Assembly: GCA_958296135.2 (NCBI GenBank)
Contig: CATQHZ020000001.1
Location: 2,976,001 to 3,040,000, forward strand
DNA length: 64,000 nucleotides
From: an uncultured Poribacteria bacterium
GTDB lineage: Bacteria > Poribacteria > WGA-4E > WGA-3G
Direction of reading: 5' to 3'
Of this stretch, positions 50,771 through 60,358 are shown piece after piece. The position numbers and the translations under genes are program-made. The notes below the pieces were generated by a model. The model did no database searches. It saw only the letters and a program-made list of their open reading frames with translations, and was not told the origin of the DNA. Numbering within the stretch: the first letter of the stretch is position 1; every line of letters begins with the position of its first letter.

Positions 50771-51796
50771 ATGACACGACACACTTATGTCAGCATCACC
50801 GACGATGCATTCTATATTAACGGAGAAATTACCTATAAAGGCCGCTTCTACGAGGGACATCAGATCGAAGGGTTGCTCATGAACACCCGCATGGTGCAAG
50901 GCATCTTTGACGATAGGAATCCCGATACGGTGCATCGGTGGGAGTACCCGGACACCGGCGAGTGGGATGCCGAGCGGAATACACGCGAATTCCTCGCCGC
51001 CATGACAGAATGGCGCGCCCACGGTGTCTTAGCCTTCACTATTAACTTGCAAGGCGGAAGCCCGGAAGGGTATTCCAAAGCGCAACCGTGGCACAACTCC
51101 GGTATTGAATCCGATGGAAGCCTCAATCCCGACTATCTGGCGCGGCTGACGCGAATTATTAACCGGGCTGATGAGCTCGGCATCGTGGTTATCCTCGGCT
51201 ATTTCTATTTTGGGCAAGACCAGCGGCTGGCCAGCGAGGCCGCGGTCGCCCGCGCTACTGATAATGCAACGCAGTGGCTCTTCGACCAGGGGTATACCAA
51301 CGTCATCGTTGAGGTCAACAACGAATGCAACGTCCGCTATTCGCATGAGATTCTGCAACCGGCACGGGTGCATGAGCTTATTGAACAAGTCAAAGCGACA
51401 ACGCGCAATAGCCGGAGATTTCTCGTCGGCACGAGTTACGGCGGGGGCAGGGTGCCGTTTGAAAACGTTGTCCGGGCATCCGATTTTCTGCTCGTCCACG
51501 GCAACGGCGTGAGCGAACCGAACCGCATCGTTGATATGGTGCAGCAGACGCGCGAAGTGCCCGGTTATCGTCCGATGCCTATCCTCTTTAACGAAGATGA
51601 CCATTTTGATTTCGACAAACCCTTTAACAACTGCGTTGCCGCTGTCAGTCAATACGCTTCTTGGGGTTACTTTGACCCGGGTGAGAACGACTATTGCCAC
51701 GGTTACCAGTCGGTGCCGGTTCAGTGGCAAATTAACACGCCGCGCAAGCGCGCATTTTTCAACAAGGTCCGGGACATCACAGGAGGGACCCGGTAG
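50771..51796 (+). CDS. Putative glycoside hydrolase (GH5/clan A-like TIM barrel)
   Basis: EVNNECN and ILFNEDDH acidic motifs, ASWGYF. Confidence 0.5.
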   Translation: MTRHTYVSITDDAFYINGEITYKGRFYEGHQIEGLLMNTRMVQGIFDDRNPDTVHRWEYPDTGEWDAERNTREFLAAMTEWRAHGVLAFTINLQGGSPEGYSKAQPWHNSGIESDGSLNPDYLARLTRIINRADELGIVVILGYFYFGQDQRLASEAAVARATDNATQWLFDQGYTNVIVEVNNECNVRYSHEILQPARVHELIEQVKATTRNSRRFLVGTSYGGGRVPFENVVRASDFLLVHGNGVSEPNRIVDMVQQTREVPGYRPMPILFNEDDHFDFDKPFNNCVAAVSQYASWGYFDPGENDYCHGYQSVPVQWQINTPRKRAFFNKVRDITGGTR

Positions 51797-51842
51797 GCGT
51801 TGTTAGAAACCGCGCCTACATTTACGAAAGGAACACCACGAT

Positions 51843-52622
51843 ATGCTACAAATTTCCCCGATTTATTTTGCGATTGCGATTGCCGTTATTGTCATGCTCG
51901 CTACCAGCATTCGCGTCCTCAAGGAATACGAACGCGCTGTTATTTTTCGCCTCGGCCGGTTGAGAAGCACACGCGGCCCCGGGCTTGTCCTCATGATTCC
52001 GTTTTGGATCGAACGGATGCAGCGCATTAGCCTCCGCGTCATCGTCAACGATGTCACGCCACAAGACGTAATTACTAAAGATAACGTCTCCGTTAGCGTC
52101 AACGCCGTGCTGACGTTCAGAGTCATTGAACCCGATCGTGCGGTGATAGAGGTGGAGGACTTCGGTTTCGCCATCGCTCAGATTGCGCAGACGACGCTCC
52201 GCAGCGTACTCGGCCGCGCCGAGCTCGATGACCTGCTTTCCGAACGCGAAAAGTTAAATCAAGACTTGGAGGCCATCATCAAAGAACACTGTGAACCATG
52301 GGGCGTTGAAGTGCTCGCCATGGAGATCAAGCACGTCGATTTGCCAGCGGAGATGCAACGTGCCATGGCGAAACAGGCAGAGGCGGAACGCGAACGCCGC
52401 GCGAAAGTGACGCACGCGCAAGGCGAATTGGAATCTGCACGAGCCTTAACCGGTGCCGCCCAAGTTTTGAGCGAATCTCCAACAGCGGTGCAACTCCGTT
52501 TCCTGCAGGCGTTGGTAGAGGTGAGCGCAGAGAAAAATTCTACCATCGTCTTCCCCATCCCGATTGATTTACTGAGCCCGTTTTTGAACAAGGCGACAGA
52601 AAAAGAGCCGGATAAGTGGTAG
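51843..52622 (+). CDS. SPFH/stomatin (slipin) family protein
   Basis: [42 protein letters not shown]. Confidence 0.92.
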   Translation: MLQISPIYFAIAIAVIVMLATSIRVLKEYERAVIFRLGRLRSTRGPGLVLMIPFWIERMQRISLRVIVNDVTPQDVITKDNVSVSVNAVLTFRVIEPDRAVIEVEDFGFAIAQIAQTTLRSVLGRAELDDLLSEREKLNQDLEAIIKEHCEPWGVEVLAMEIKHVDLPAEMQRAMAKQAEAERERRAKVTHAQGELESARALTGAAQVLSESPTAVQLRFLQALVEVSAEKNSTIVFPIPIDLLSPFLNKATEKEPDKW

Positions 52623-52786
52623 CGTCGGATAATTTTTTCGGCCACCCGGCGAGAGACAGTGGACATCTCTGCAGCGAGGCTGCAGAGATGACAACTTAAA
52701 GTAAGGTAGTTTGCTGTAGGCGTGCCCGTGACGGCCCTCGCCCTACGGTATAATAAGGGATGGCTGCGTAAAGAGAAGATTAGGTT

Positions 52787-53842
52787 CTACCAGTCCTCAT
52801 CGTAAAACGGCATGCTCGGATAACTGTAGACATTTCCCTCATAGTTGCGCATCTGGATTTCATCGTCATTGAAGGTGACAACCGGGTCTGGGATGAGAGC
52901 GATTTTGCCGCCGCCGCCCGGGGCATCGACAACATAGTGCGGCACGCCGAGTCCAGAGATATGCCCACGCAACGCCGCGACAATCTCTAACCCGGTCTTC
53001 ACCGCCGTGCGGAAGTGGTCTGTGCCGACAACCAGGTCTGCCTGATAGATATAGTAGGGTTTCACTCGGATGCGCAGGAGCCCCTTCATGAGTTCTACCA
53101 TCACCCCCGGGTCATCGTTGACTCCCTTGAGGAGCACCGTCTGGTTACCGAGGGGGATGCCGGCATCAGCTAACATGCCGCACGCTTTCTCGGTTTCCGG
53201 CGTAATTTCGCGCGGGTGGTTGAAATGCGTGTTGATGTAAAACGGGTGATTCGCCTTCAAAATCGCGCACAACTCCGGGGTTATCCGCTGCGGCAACGTC
53301 ACAGGCACTCGCGAACCGATCCGAATAATCTCCAGATGTTTGATGGCGCGGAGCCCGCTGACGATGTATTCAATCTTCTTATCTGTCAACATGAGCGGGT
53401 CGCCCCCGGAGATGATGACATCGCGGATTTCCGGGTGCGCCTGAATGTAGGCGAGCCCAGTCTCAATGTTGTTCTCGGAGATAGAGTGCGGGTCGCCGAC
53501 TTTCCGCTTGCGCGTGCAAAATCGGCAATAAATTGGGCACATATAGTTGACGTAAAAGAGCGCCCGGTCGGGGTAGCGATGCGTGACATTCGGCACCTCG
53601 CTGTCGTCTTCTTCGTGCAGCGGGTCCTCCACACCAGTGCTGATTAATTCGCGCGAGTCTGGGACAACCTGCTTCCAGATAGCATCGCCGGGTTCCTCAA
53701 TCAGGCTGAGATAGTAGGGGTTAATACGGATCGGGAATTCTTTGTGAATGCGCTGTATCTCTTCGATGTCAACATCAAAGGCAGCGGCGAGTTTTTCGGG
53801 CGTGTTCACCGTGTCCCGAACGAGACGTTTCCATTCTTCCAT
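52787..53842 (-). CDS. KamA-family radical SAM aminomutase
   Basis: HRYPDR, CPIYCRFCTRKR, SGGDPL, THFNHP, NQTVLLKGVND, DAPGGGGK. Confidence 0.9.
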   Translation of the reverse strand: MEEWKRLVRDTVNTPEKLAAAFDVDIEEIQRIHKEFPIRINPYYLSLIEEPGDAIWKQVVPDSRELISTGVEDPLHEEDDSEVPNVTHRYPDRALFYVNYMCPIYCRFCTRKRKVGDPHSISENNIETGLAYIQAHPEIRDVIISGGDPLMLTDKKIEYIVSGLRAIKHLEIIRIGSRVPVTLPQRITPELCAILKANHPFYINTHFNHPREITPETEKACGMLADAGIPLGNQTVLLKGVNDDPGVMVELMKGLLRIRVKPYYIYQADLVVGTDHFRTAVKTGLEIVAALRGHISGLGVPHYVVDAPGGGGKIALIPDPVVTFNDDEIQMRNYEGNVYSYPSMPFYDEDW

Positions 53843-54047
53843 TGATTTTTGTCCACCTTTCTTTCTATGTGCGCGGTTGTAAACCGCGCCTACGGCCCGC
53901 GGGCTGCAGGCCGCGCTTACCAGATGATACCAAGTTAACTTCTGTCGTTCGGGCTTGCAACCCGCCGATGTTAGTCACATCGGGAACGGCCAAGATTCGG
54001 CGAGCTGGTTTCCCTACAGAAGCAAGACACCTCAACGTCATTTGGTA

Positions 54048-54581
54048 TTATGGGGAAACCGGATAGTTTTTCAACGTTACCTTGCGCATGACATCGCCTT
54101 GCCGAAGCGCGTCCACGATATCTATCCCCTCAATGACTTTTCCGAAGGTTGTGTAGCCGCCATTGAGATGTGCGTAACGTGTTGCATCGGTGCCGAGGCA
54201 AATATAAAACTGACTGCCAGCGGAGTCCGGGTGGCGCGTTCGCGCCATTGCGAGGACCCCTTTTTCGTGCGGCGGCATTTTCGCGCGGAGGCCCGGGTCT
54301 TGGAATTCGCCCGGAATTGTCCAGCCAGGGCCGCCGCGGCCGGTTCCCCCCGGGTCTCCCCCTTGTATCACGAATCCGGGGACATACCGATGAAAAGACA
54401 GGCCGTCGTAGAATTCGGCTTCAATCAGTTTAGCGAAATTCGCCACCGTGGCGGGTGCAGCATCCGGGTAAAGTTCAATAACAATGTTTCCTTTATCCGT
54501 TTCAAGCGTTACCGTAGGTAGCCGTTCGCCGTGGCACGAGAAGACTGTCAGCACGAAGGCACCTAATAAACCAATTCGCAT
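54048..54581 (-). CDS. Cyclophilin-type peptidyl-prolyl isomerase
   Basis: FYDGLSFHR, FVIQGGDP, LAMAR, SAGSQFYI, YTTFGKV. Confidence 0.93.
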   Translation of the reverse strand: MRIGLLGAFVLTVFSCHGERLPTVTLETDKGNIVIELYPDAAPATVANFAKLIEAEFYDGLSFHRYVPGFVIQGGDPGGTGRGGPGWTIPGEFQDPGLRAKMPPHEKGVLAMARTRHPDSAGSQFYICLGTDATRYAHLNGGYTTFGKVIEGIDIVDALRQGDVMRKVTLKNYPVSP

Positions 54582-54743
54582 CGTTTTTCGTTTGCTCCAG
54601 TTTTAAAAGTGAGCGCGCGTGCCTATTTTACAAAATGTCGGCATTTTCGCGCCGTGCTTTACATGATTTATATGCATTATACATTTATTTCCGCGGAAAG
54701 TCAAGGAAATTTTTGAAAAACTGAGGCGTATGGAAAATTAGCC

Positions 54744-54772
54744 TTGACATCGCTTTTTGACTATGGTATTCT
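54744..54772 (+). promoter_or_regulatory. Sigma70-like promoter of disA
   Basis: TTGACA-17bp-TGgTATTCT. Confidence 0.55.
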
Positions 54773-54784
54773 ATTAAGCAGGAG

Positions 54785-55894
54785 GTGGGCGCGGTGCAGA
54801 ATATCCCGATAGAAAATCAGCGGGAACGCGAGTTGGTGGCGGCGTTAGAGCTGCTATCGCCGGGGACTTCGCTGAGGGAAGGCATTGACTATATTATCCA
54901 AGGCAAAACGGGGGCCTTGATTGTCGTCGGGGATACGCCAGAGATTCTCAGTCTGACAGAGGGCGGCTTCCGCATCAACTCACGGTATACGCCGATGCGG
55001 CTGTATGAATTGGCGAAAATGGACGGTGCCATCATTCTGTCTGAGAATATGAAACGGATTGTCCGCGCGAATGTGACGCTGCGGTTAAACCCCTCTATTG
55101 ACTCTAGGGAAACGGGGCTTCGGCATCGCGCTGCGGATAAGTTTGCGCAGCAGACTGGGCACATCGTGCTTGCCGTGTCCCGGAGCAGGAACACGTTGTC
55201 CTTATATCTCCGGAACCAGCGTTACATTTTCCGCGAGCGTCCGATTCTGATTTCGGGCGCGAATCAGACGATGCTCGCGCTCACGCAGTACATCAAGACG
55301 ATGCAGAACGCGATAGCGATACTGAATTGGGTGGAATTGAGCGGGAACGCCACATTGGCGGATGTCATCACAACCATCCAGTTATGCGAGCGCGTGCGCC
55401 GCACTGAATATGAGTTAACCCGATACCGGATTGAATTAGGCACGCACGCGCAGTCGCTCCAACTCATGCCATCGGAGTTGATGGCCGAGATTGAGCGCGG
55501 GCTTCTTGTGATTAAAGACTACTATCACGAGAGCCTACCGGATGCGGCCCAGGCTTTTGAAAAGATTCTGCGGCTGGATGCGAACAGTCTCGCGAGCCGG
55601 AGCACTGTCAGCACTGCCTTGGGCTATCCGCCTGATGCGAGCAATCCGTTAGAGGTGTTGGAGCCGCGCGGGTACCGGATGCTGAGTCAGATTCCGCATA
55701 TCCCGCTCAGCGTCATTGAAAACATCGTTCAGCAGTTCAAAAGGTTGGAAGCTATCTCCGCTGCGTCTGTCGCTGAGTTAGAGGCAGTGGCGGATGTCGG
55801 GAAGGCGAGAGCCACCGCGATTAAGGAGGCACTTGTCAAAATGAAAACGGCGGCTGTCCAACCGGAAATCGTAGCGTTATCTGTATTTGAATAG
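54785..55894 (+). CDS. disA: DNA integrity scanning diadenylate cyclase DisA
   Basis: LYELAKMDGA, ETGLRHR, PRGYRML, C-terminal HhH (VGKARA). Confidence 0.9.
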   Translation: MGAVQNIPIENQRERELVAALELLSPGTSLREGIDYIIQGKTGALIVVGDTPEILSLTEGGFRINSRYTPMRLYELAKMDGAIILSENMKRIVRANVTLRLNPSIDSRETGLRHRAADKFAQQTGHIVLAVSRSRNTLSLYLRNQRYIFRERPILISGANQTMLALTQYIKTMQNAIAILNWVELSGNATLADVITTIQLCERVRRTEYELTRYRIELGTHAQSLQLMPSELMAEIERGLLVIKDYYHESLPDAAQAFEKILRLDANSLASRSTVSTALGYPPDASNPLEVLEPRGYRMLSQIPHIPLSVIENIVQQFKRLEAISAASVAELEAVADVGKARATAIKEALVKMKTAAVQPEIVALSVFE

Positions 55895-55982
55895 TGATAC
55901 GTGGCTGTGCACGCCTGCACGCCGCGTTTCAGCAGATACGCAACAAACTTAGAAACCAAAAATTGTAATATATCTGATTGAC

Positions 55983-56191
55983 GTAGTCTTATCTCTCAGG
56001 TGAGAGGCTGGCGAACGGAGCGTGATGAGCGTTTCCTGCTGCACGATATCAAGAGGCTGGCATATAATGTCCTAACCCCCCGTGTGAAGCGGATTAAGAG
56101 TCGGCGGTGCGCAGGCATCGCTGACGGTGGAGGGGCCGTAAGTCCGACGCGATTCCCGAAAGGATTGTTTCGCTGCAGTATCTAGGACTAC
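55983..56191 (+). ncRNA. Unidentified multi-branched structured element (candidate ncRNA domain)
   Basis: Closing stem GTAGTCTTA/TAGGACTAC; inner stems CTCTCA/TGAGAG, CCTGCTGCAC/GTGCGCAGG, CATCG/CGGTG, CGATTCC/GGATTG; no coding signal. Confidence 0.45.
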
Positions 56192-56202
56192 AACAACAAA
56201 CG

Positions 56203-56448
56203 TCGCCGCTGGTTTGACCGAGATGTAAAACGCCTGTGGCGCTCGTGTAAGCCCTCACTGTATTCGCATTTCTCCGATTTTGACGCAGTCTTATTCTGTT
56301 TACAGAATAAGACATCTTCGGCATGCTTGGAAACCTTCGCAAGCATGCCTCCGTCAAAATCGGCAGGTGCGTTTCGGAGGCTCTGAGTGCCGAAGGAGGA
56401 ACTTAGAAGTCTCGACTTATCTCGATATGACGAGACTTCGGGGAACAG
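56203..56448 (+). ncRNA. Orphan TnpB omega-RNA/right-end homologue with no tnpB attached
   Basis: Colinear blocks shared with 61424-61605: TCGCCGCTGGTTTGAC, AAACGCCTGTGG.GCTCGTGT, TGAGTG..GAAG.AGGAACTT, GACTT.TC..GATATG, GGGAACAG. Confidence 0.75.
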
Positions 56449-56455
56449 CCACACA

Positions 56456-57832
56456 ATGAGACAATTCATCGCTTTAGCGCGCGAAGTGTTTGTCAAAGTG
56501 AACGTGACACTCTCACCGCGCACGCGCAACCGTATTGAAACGTCCGCCTATAGGGTACCGCCGGTCGCGTTATTCTGCATCGCGCTCTGCATTGCGGGAT
56601 GCGGCGGACAACTTGGAACCATTAAACCACCAGAAGTTGAAACCGCGCTCACGCAGGCGGAGTCCGCTATCGAAAAGGCACGTGAAGTGGACGCGCCGTC
56701 GCTTGCCGCTGACGCGTTTAACTCGGCGGAGGCGAACCTCGCCGCCGCGAAGACTGCCCTCAAGGAAAAGCGAGGGAGCGAGGCACTTCGCCTCGCGTAT
56801 CAAGCCACTGCTGATGCCAAGGTCGCGTACAAGGTGGCCGTTGACACCGCTAAAAACGCGGCGCTGAACGCAACCATCCTTGAGAAGGAAGCGAGTGCTA
56901 AAAAACTCCGCAAAACCCTCACCACGAAAGAGGCACAGTTGGCGAAGGCACAAGAGCGGGTGCAGGAACTCAGCCGTGACGAAGAACAACTGAAACGCAG
57001 GATGAGCCGGCTGGAAAAAGAGAAACGCGAATTGAGAAATAAGCGGGAAACCTACGGGAAACAGGTTTCCGAGCTGAGGGAAACTTTGGAATCGATTCAA
57101 GCGCGCTCGAAGCGTGCAGAAACCGAAATCCGTAGCTACGGCAAGGAGATAGCCGAGTTGCGCCGCAAGTTGGAAGTCGCCGATAAAATGATTCGGGAAG
57201 AGGGGCACCAGAAACGTGCAGCCATCGCCGCGGCGGAATCTCTCCGGAAGCAGCTGCGCGAGCAGGCGGAAATCTATACGGATAAACTCGCGCGGGCGAA
57301 TCAGCGCAGTTCGGCGGCAAAGCATGAGGACTACCTCAAGGAGAAGGCGGCGGAAGCGCGAGCGTTCGTCCAGAGCCAACGGCAGCATGAACCCGTTAAG
57401 ACAGGGCGCACGTCGCTTTCCACAGAGCAGATTGCTGCAGGCAAGGTTGCTCTCAGTAGGTGGAACACCGCGTGGGATAGCAAAAACCTATCCGCGCATC
57501 TCGCTTTTTACGCACCGAATGTCATTGCCGATAAAGTTGTCATTCGTGAGAGCAAGGAGCATCGCACCAAAATCGACCGGGGACAACTTGAAGCCGCCCT
57601 TCGTCCGATGAACGCGCATCCCTGGCGCAAAATCAAGGGAAGCACCGAGGTTGAGCGTGAAAGCGTCATCGGTATTTACCGATTGAGCCGCCTCGTCGCC
57701 CCGGCGGAGAATGAAGACGCGACGGCCCTCTACAATATCTGGATTCGCGAAGTCTGGATGCACCAAGTTGGTGCAGCGTGGAAAATCCATCACGAAATCT
57801 GGCAGATTTACGAGAACGTGCCAAACTTTTAA
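56456..57832 (+). CDS. DUF4398-like lipoprotein with coiled coil and C-terminal NTF2-like domain
   Basis: Lipobox IAGC; AESAIEKARE...A; coiled coil; WNTAWDSKNLSAHLAFYA...WKIHHE. Confidence 0.65.
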   Translation: MRQFIALAREVFVKVNVTLSPRTRNRIETSAYRVPPVALFCIALCIAGCGGQLGTIKPPEVETALTQAESAIEKAREVDAPSLAADAFNSAEANLAAAKTALKEKRGSEALRLAYQATADAKVAYKVAVDTAKNAALNATILEKEASAKKLRKTLTTKEAQLAKAQERVQELSRDEEQLKRRMSRLEKEKRELRNKRETYGKQVSELRETLESIQARSKRAETEIRSYGKEIAELRRKLEVADKMIREEGHQKRAAIAAAESLRKQLREQAEIYTDKLARANQRSSAAKHEDYLKEKAAEARAFVQSQRQHEPVKTGRTSLSTEQIAAGKVALSRWNTAWDSKNLSAHLAFYAPNVIADKVVIRESKEHRTKIDRGQLEAALRPMNAHPWRKIKGSTEVERESVIGIYRLSRLVAPAENEDATALYNIWIREVWMHQVGAAWKIHHEIWQIYENVPNF

Positions 57833-58075
57833 TCTGTTTGAACGTTCCACGAACCGTAGGCAAGAGACATTTAGTCCCATTTTTGTCGTTTGCGCTCGCC
57901 CCGCGCCGCAGGAGACTCAAACAGGGATGGCTCAAGGGCGAGGCCCGTGGTGGGCTCTTCACCGTCGATAACTGAATGCCTCTGAAACCGTAGGGCGAGG
58001 GAAAACCCGGCGAGCACGAATCGCCGAGGGCCCCCCTCGCCATGCCACGACTTTCGCAGAATAGGAGATTAAGTT

Positions 58076-59515
58076 ATGAATGACTCCCAGAACGAAAGGA
58101 CGCAGAAAAGCTTCCTATCTAACACCCGTAACCTGATATGGGGTGGTGCAATCGCAGGTATCGTCATCGTCCTCATTGCATTCGTGGTGATGTTCATGAG
58201 TTCAAGCGAGACACCGAACGCCTTTCTCGCGCGCTGGAAGAGCACGCTTGAATCCGGTGAACTGAAGAAGTATGAGGGCCTGTGGCTTCCCAATGCACGC
58301 CGTAAGTATGCGCAAGACTATAAACGCACGGCAGACTTGCTTAAAGCGGACGGACAAGCACGCTTTGAGGTAAATCTCAGCGATGCCCCGATTTCGCCGC
58401 GCCGGGTCCCGCGTTACCCGAATCGTTTGCAGATTGAAGGGATTCCGGTGCTCGTGCATTTCCCCGGTGAATCCCAACAGCAGGTGCGGAACCTGACTAT
58501 CGAAAGTAAGGGGATGGTTCAGAAACGGTGGAAAATTGTCAGGGATGAGGTAGTCGGACAAGAATTTGCCCCCGTTGATACAACACCGTCGTCCACACCG
58601 CAAGTTGATGACACTTCTGAGCCGACGTTAACCCCGCCGAATAGTCCGGTTGTGCCGTTGGTTCAAGCGTGGAAAAACGCGCTGGAATCGCAAGATTCCA
58701 AGAAGTATACCTCCCTCTGGGATAAATCTGCCCAGAGCAAGCAGAAAGCGAACTTCCAGAGGGCGATAAAAGCGATGTCTCAAACTCCGAGTGTTGACTT
58801 GTCGCAGGCTACCTACATTGCAGTGCCGCGCAAGAAGGAGCGGCACATCGTTGCCAATATCAGCGTAACGTTGTATGATGGCGGTACACCGATTGAGACG
58901 CACACTCGCACCCTCACGATTGAGAAAAAGGGATTTCTCTGGCAGGACTGGAAACTGATTAACGATGAAATCGGCGGTGAGGCGGCGAGCCCCGAACCTG
59001 TCGTACAATATGAAACTGCTCCCGCGGACACCGTCTCCGGCGAAGAATCTGGTGGTACGTTTGCTGGGAACGCGCCGTTGGATACGCAGCTCAAAGTGCG
59101 TCAAGTATTGGGAAAATGGCAATCTGCGTGGGAGGGGAAGGACCTTAAAACCTACATGTCCATTTATGCAGAGCTGGCGCAAATCACCCGCGTCACTGTG
59201 AGCGGCGGTGGAAAGGGGACACCTACCTATCTTACCAAAGCGCAGCTCCGCGCGAAGATGCGGAAGCTCAACCGGATGTATGCCAAAATCGATGTTACGA
59301 TTTCTAACTTGCAGGTGAACGGCGACAGAGCGGTGGCAGATGTCACTTTCTTGCAAAAATTCGCTGGCACCCCGGCATCGGGCACACGTCCCTCTTACTC
59401 CGATTACGGCACCAAACAGTTGAATTTAATGGTAGATCCAGCCGATGGCCGCTGGAAAATCTACGCCGAATCGTGGCGTTACTACGAGGATGTGCCGGAA
59501 TTTCCGAAGATGTAA
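58076..59515 (+). CDS. Membrane-anchored protein with three NTF2/SnoaL-like repeats
   Basis: Three repeats WKxALES/WQSAWE...WKI(V/Y)xE; N-terminal TM. Confidence 0.65.
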   Translation: MNDSQNERTQKSFLSNTRNLIWGGAIAGIVIVLIAFVVMFMSSSETPNAFLARWKSTLESGELKKYEGLWLPNARRKYAQDYKRTADLLKADGQARFEVNLSDAPISPRRVPRYPNRLQIEGIPVLVHFPGESQQQVRNLTIESKGMVQKRWKIVRDEVVGQEFAPVDTTPSSTPQVDDTSEPTLTPPNSPVVPLVQAWKNALESQDSKKYTSLWDKSAQSKQKANFQRAIKAMSQTPSVDLSQATYIAVPRKKERHIVANISVTLYDGGTPIETHTRTLTIEKKGFLWQDWKLINDEIGGEAASPEPVVQYETAPADTVSGEESGGTFAGNAPLDTQLKVRQVLGKWQSAWEGKDLKTYMSIYAELAQITRVTVSGGGKGTPTYLTKAQLRAKMRKLNRMYAKIDVTISNLQVNGDRAVADVTFLQKFAGTPASGTRPSYSDYGTKQLNLMVDPADGRWKIYAESWRYYEDVPEFPKM

Positions 59516-59586
59516 CGTCCCGCGGCCCGTAAAACGAGGGAGACCTGGGCTTCGCCATGCTGCAATGCCCCGGATTAACACCCAAC

Positions 59587-60003
59587 ATGCGTACTGAATA
59601 CCGAACGAAAAGGAAAATAGAGTTTGCCGATACCGATATGGCTGGCATCGTCCATTTCACGCGATTTTTCGTGTTCATGGAGACAGCGGAGCACGAATTC
59701 TTGCGAAGTCTCGGCACCAGTGTCGCTACCGAATGGAATGGGGACAAAATCGGGTGGCCGCGCCTCGCCGCTTCGTGTGAATATCTCCGGCCCCTGCGCT
59801 TTGAAGATGTGGTGGATATTCACTTGTGGGTTTGCAAAAAAGGGACGAAGTCGCTCACGTATCAATTCCATTTTACGCATCTGGGCAAGGATGTCGCGCG
59901 CGGGCAGGTTACGGCAGTTTGCTGTGTCTGTAATCCGGGTGAAAAGTTGCGCGCCATTCCTATTCCCGATTTTATTGCGAATCAGATTCACCCCGTGTCT
60001 TAG
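59587..60003 (+). CDS. Acyl-CoA thioesterase (4HBT/YbgC family)
   Basis: FADTDMAGIVHF, EYLRPLRFED. Confidence 0.88.
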   Translation: MRTEYRTKRKIEFADTDMAGIVHFTRFFVFMETAEHEFLRSLGTSVATEWNGDKIGWPRLAASCEYLRPLRFEDVVDIHLWVCKKGTKSLTYQFHFTHLGKDVARGQVTAVCCVCNPGEKLRAIPIPDFIANQIHPVS

Positions 60004-60097
60004 GGAGGACGTTCCTAGCTTCCGAAAATCGAGACACATCGTGATAAAAGCGGATTTATCGTGATAAACGCCAACATAAGTGCTATACGAAGTGTTA

Positions 60098-60342
60098 CCG
60101 TGTTGGGCTCGGTCGAGCGTGCAGTGTTATTCGGGAGACCGAATAACACCTCTTCGGCTCAGCAGATCGTGCAGTGTTTTTTGTAATAACAAAAAACACA
60201 TCTTCGGAAACCGGTTTGGAAACCTTTGCAAACCTGCCTACACGAGCTGCAGCAGCGTGTATTCACGCTCGCCTACACGCCCGCCCGCCAATGATATCAC
60301 CGCCAGCGCATTGCCCACCCTAGTGATATAGGCGAAACACGG
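60098..60342 (+). ncRNA. Structured leader of tnpB with two nested three-way-junction motifs
   Basis: CCGTGTT/AACACGG, CGAGCGTG/CACGCTCG, GTGTTATTCGG/CCGAATAACAC, GTGTTTTTTGT/ACAAAAAACAC, ATATCAC/GTGATAT. Confidence 0.5.
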
Positions 60343-60358
60343 CAGACGGGAACACCTC

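Noticed and set aside
55983-56191. SAM-I, c-di-AMP riboswitch, RNase P, tmRNA or 6S RNA
   Set aside because: Only ATCAAGAG resembles SAM-I and the rest of the consensus is missing; no hallmark motifs of the others were seen.
56274-56363. Hammerhead ribozyme
   Set aside because: Three-way junction, but neither strand has the CUGANGA + GAAA + UH core.
55901-56452. 8-bp terminal inverted repeat GTGGCTGT/ACAGCCAC around the orphan omega-RNA
   Set aside because: Too short to distinguish from chance, and it straddles the inferred right end.
60012-60358. Group I intron / IStron
   Set aside because: No recognisable P/Q/R/S elements and no GACUA...UAGUC P7 in the right order; splicing is not excluded but is unsupported.
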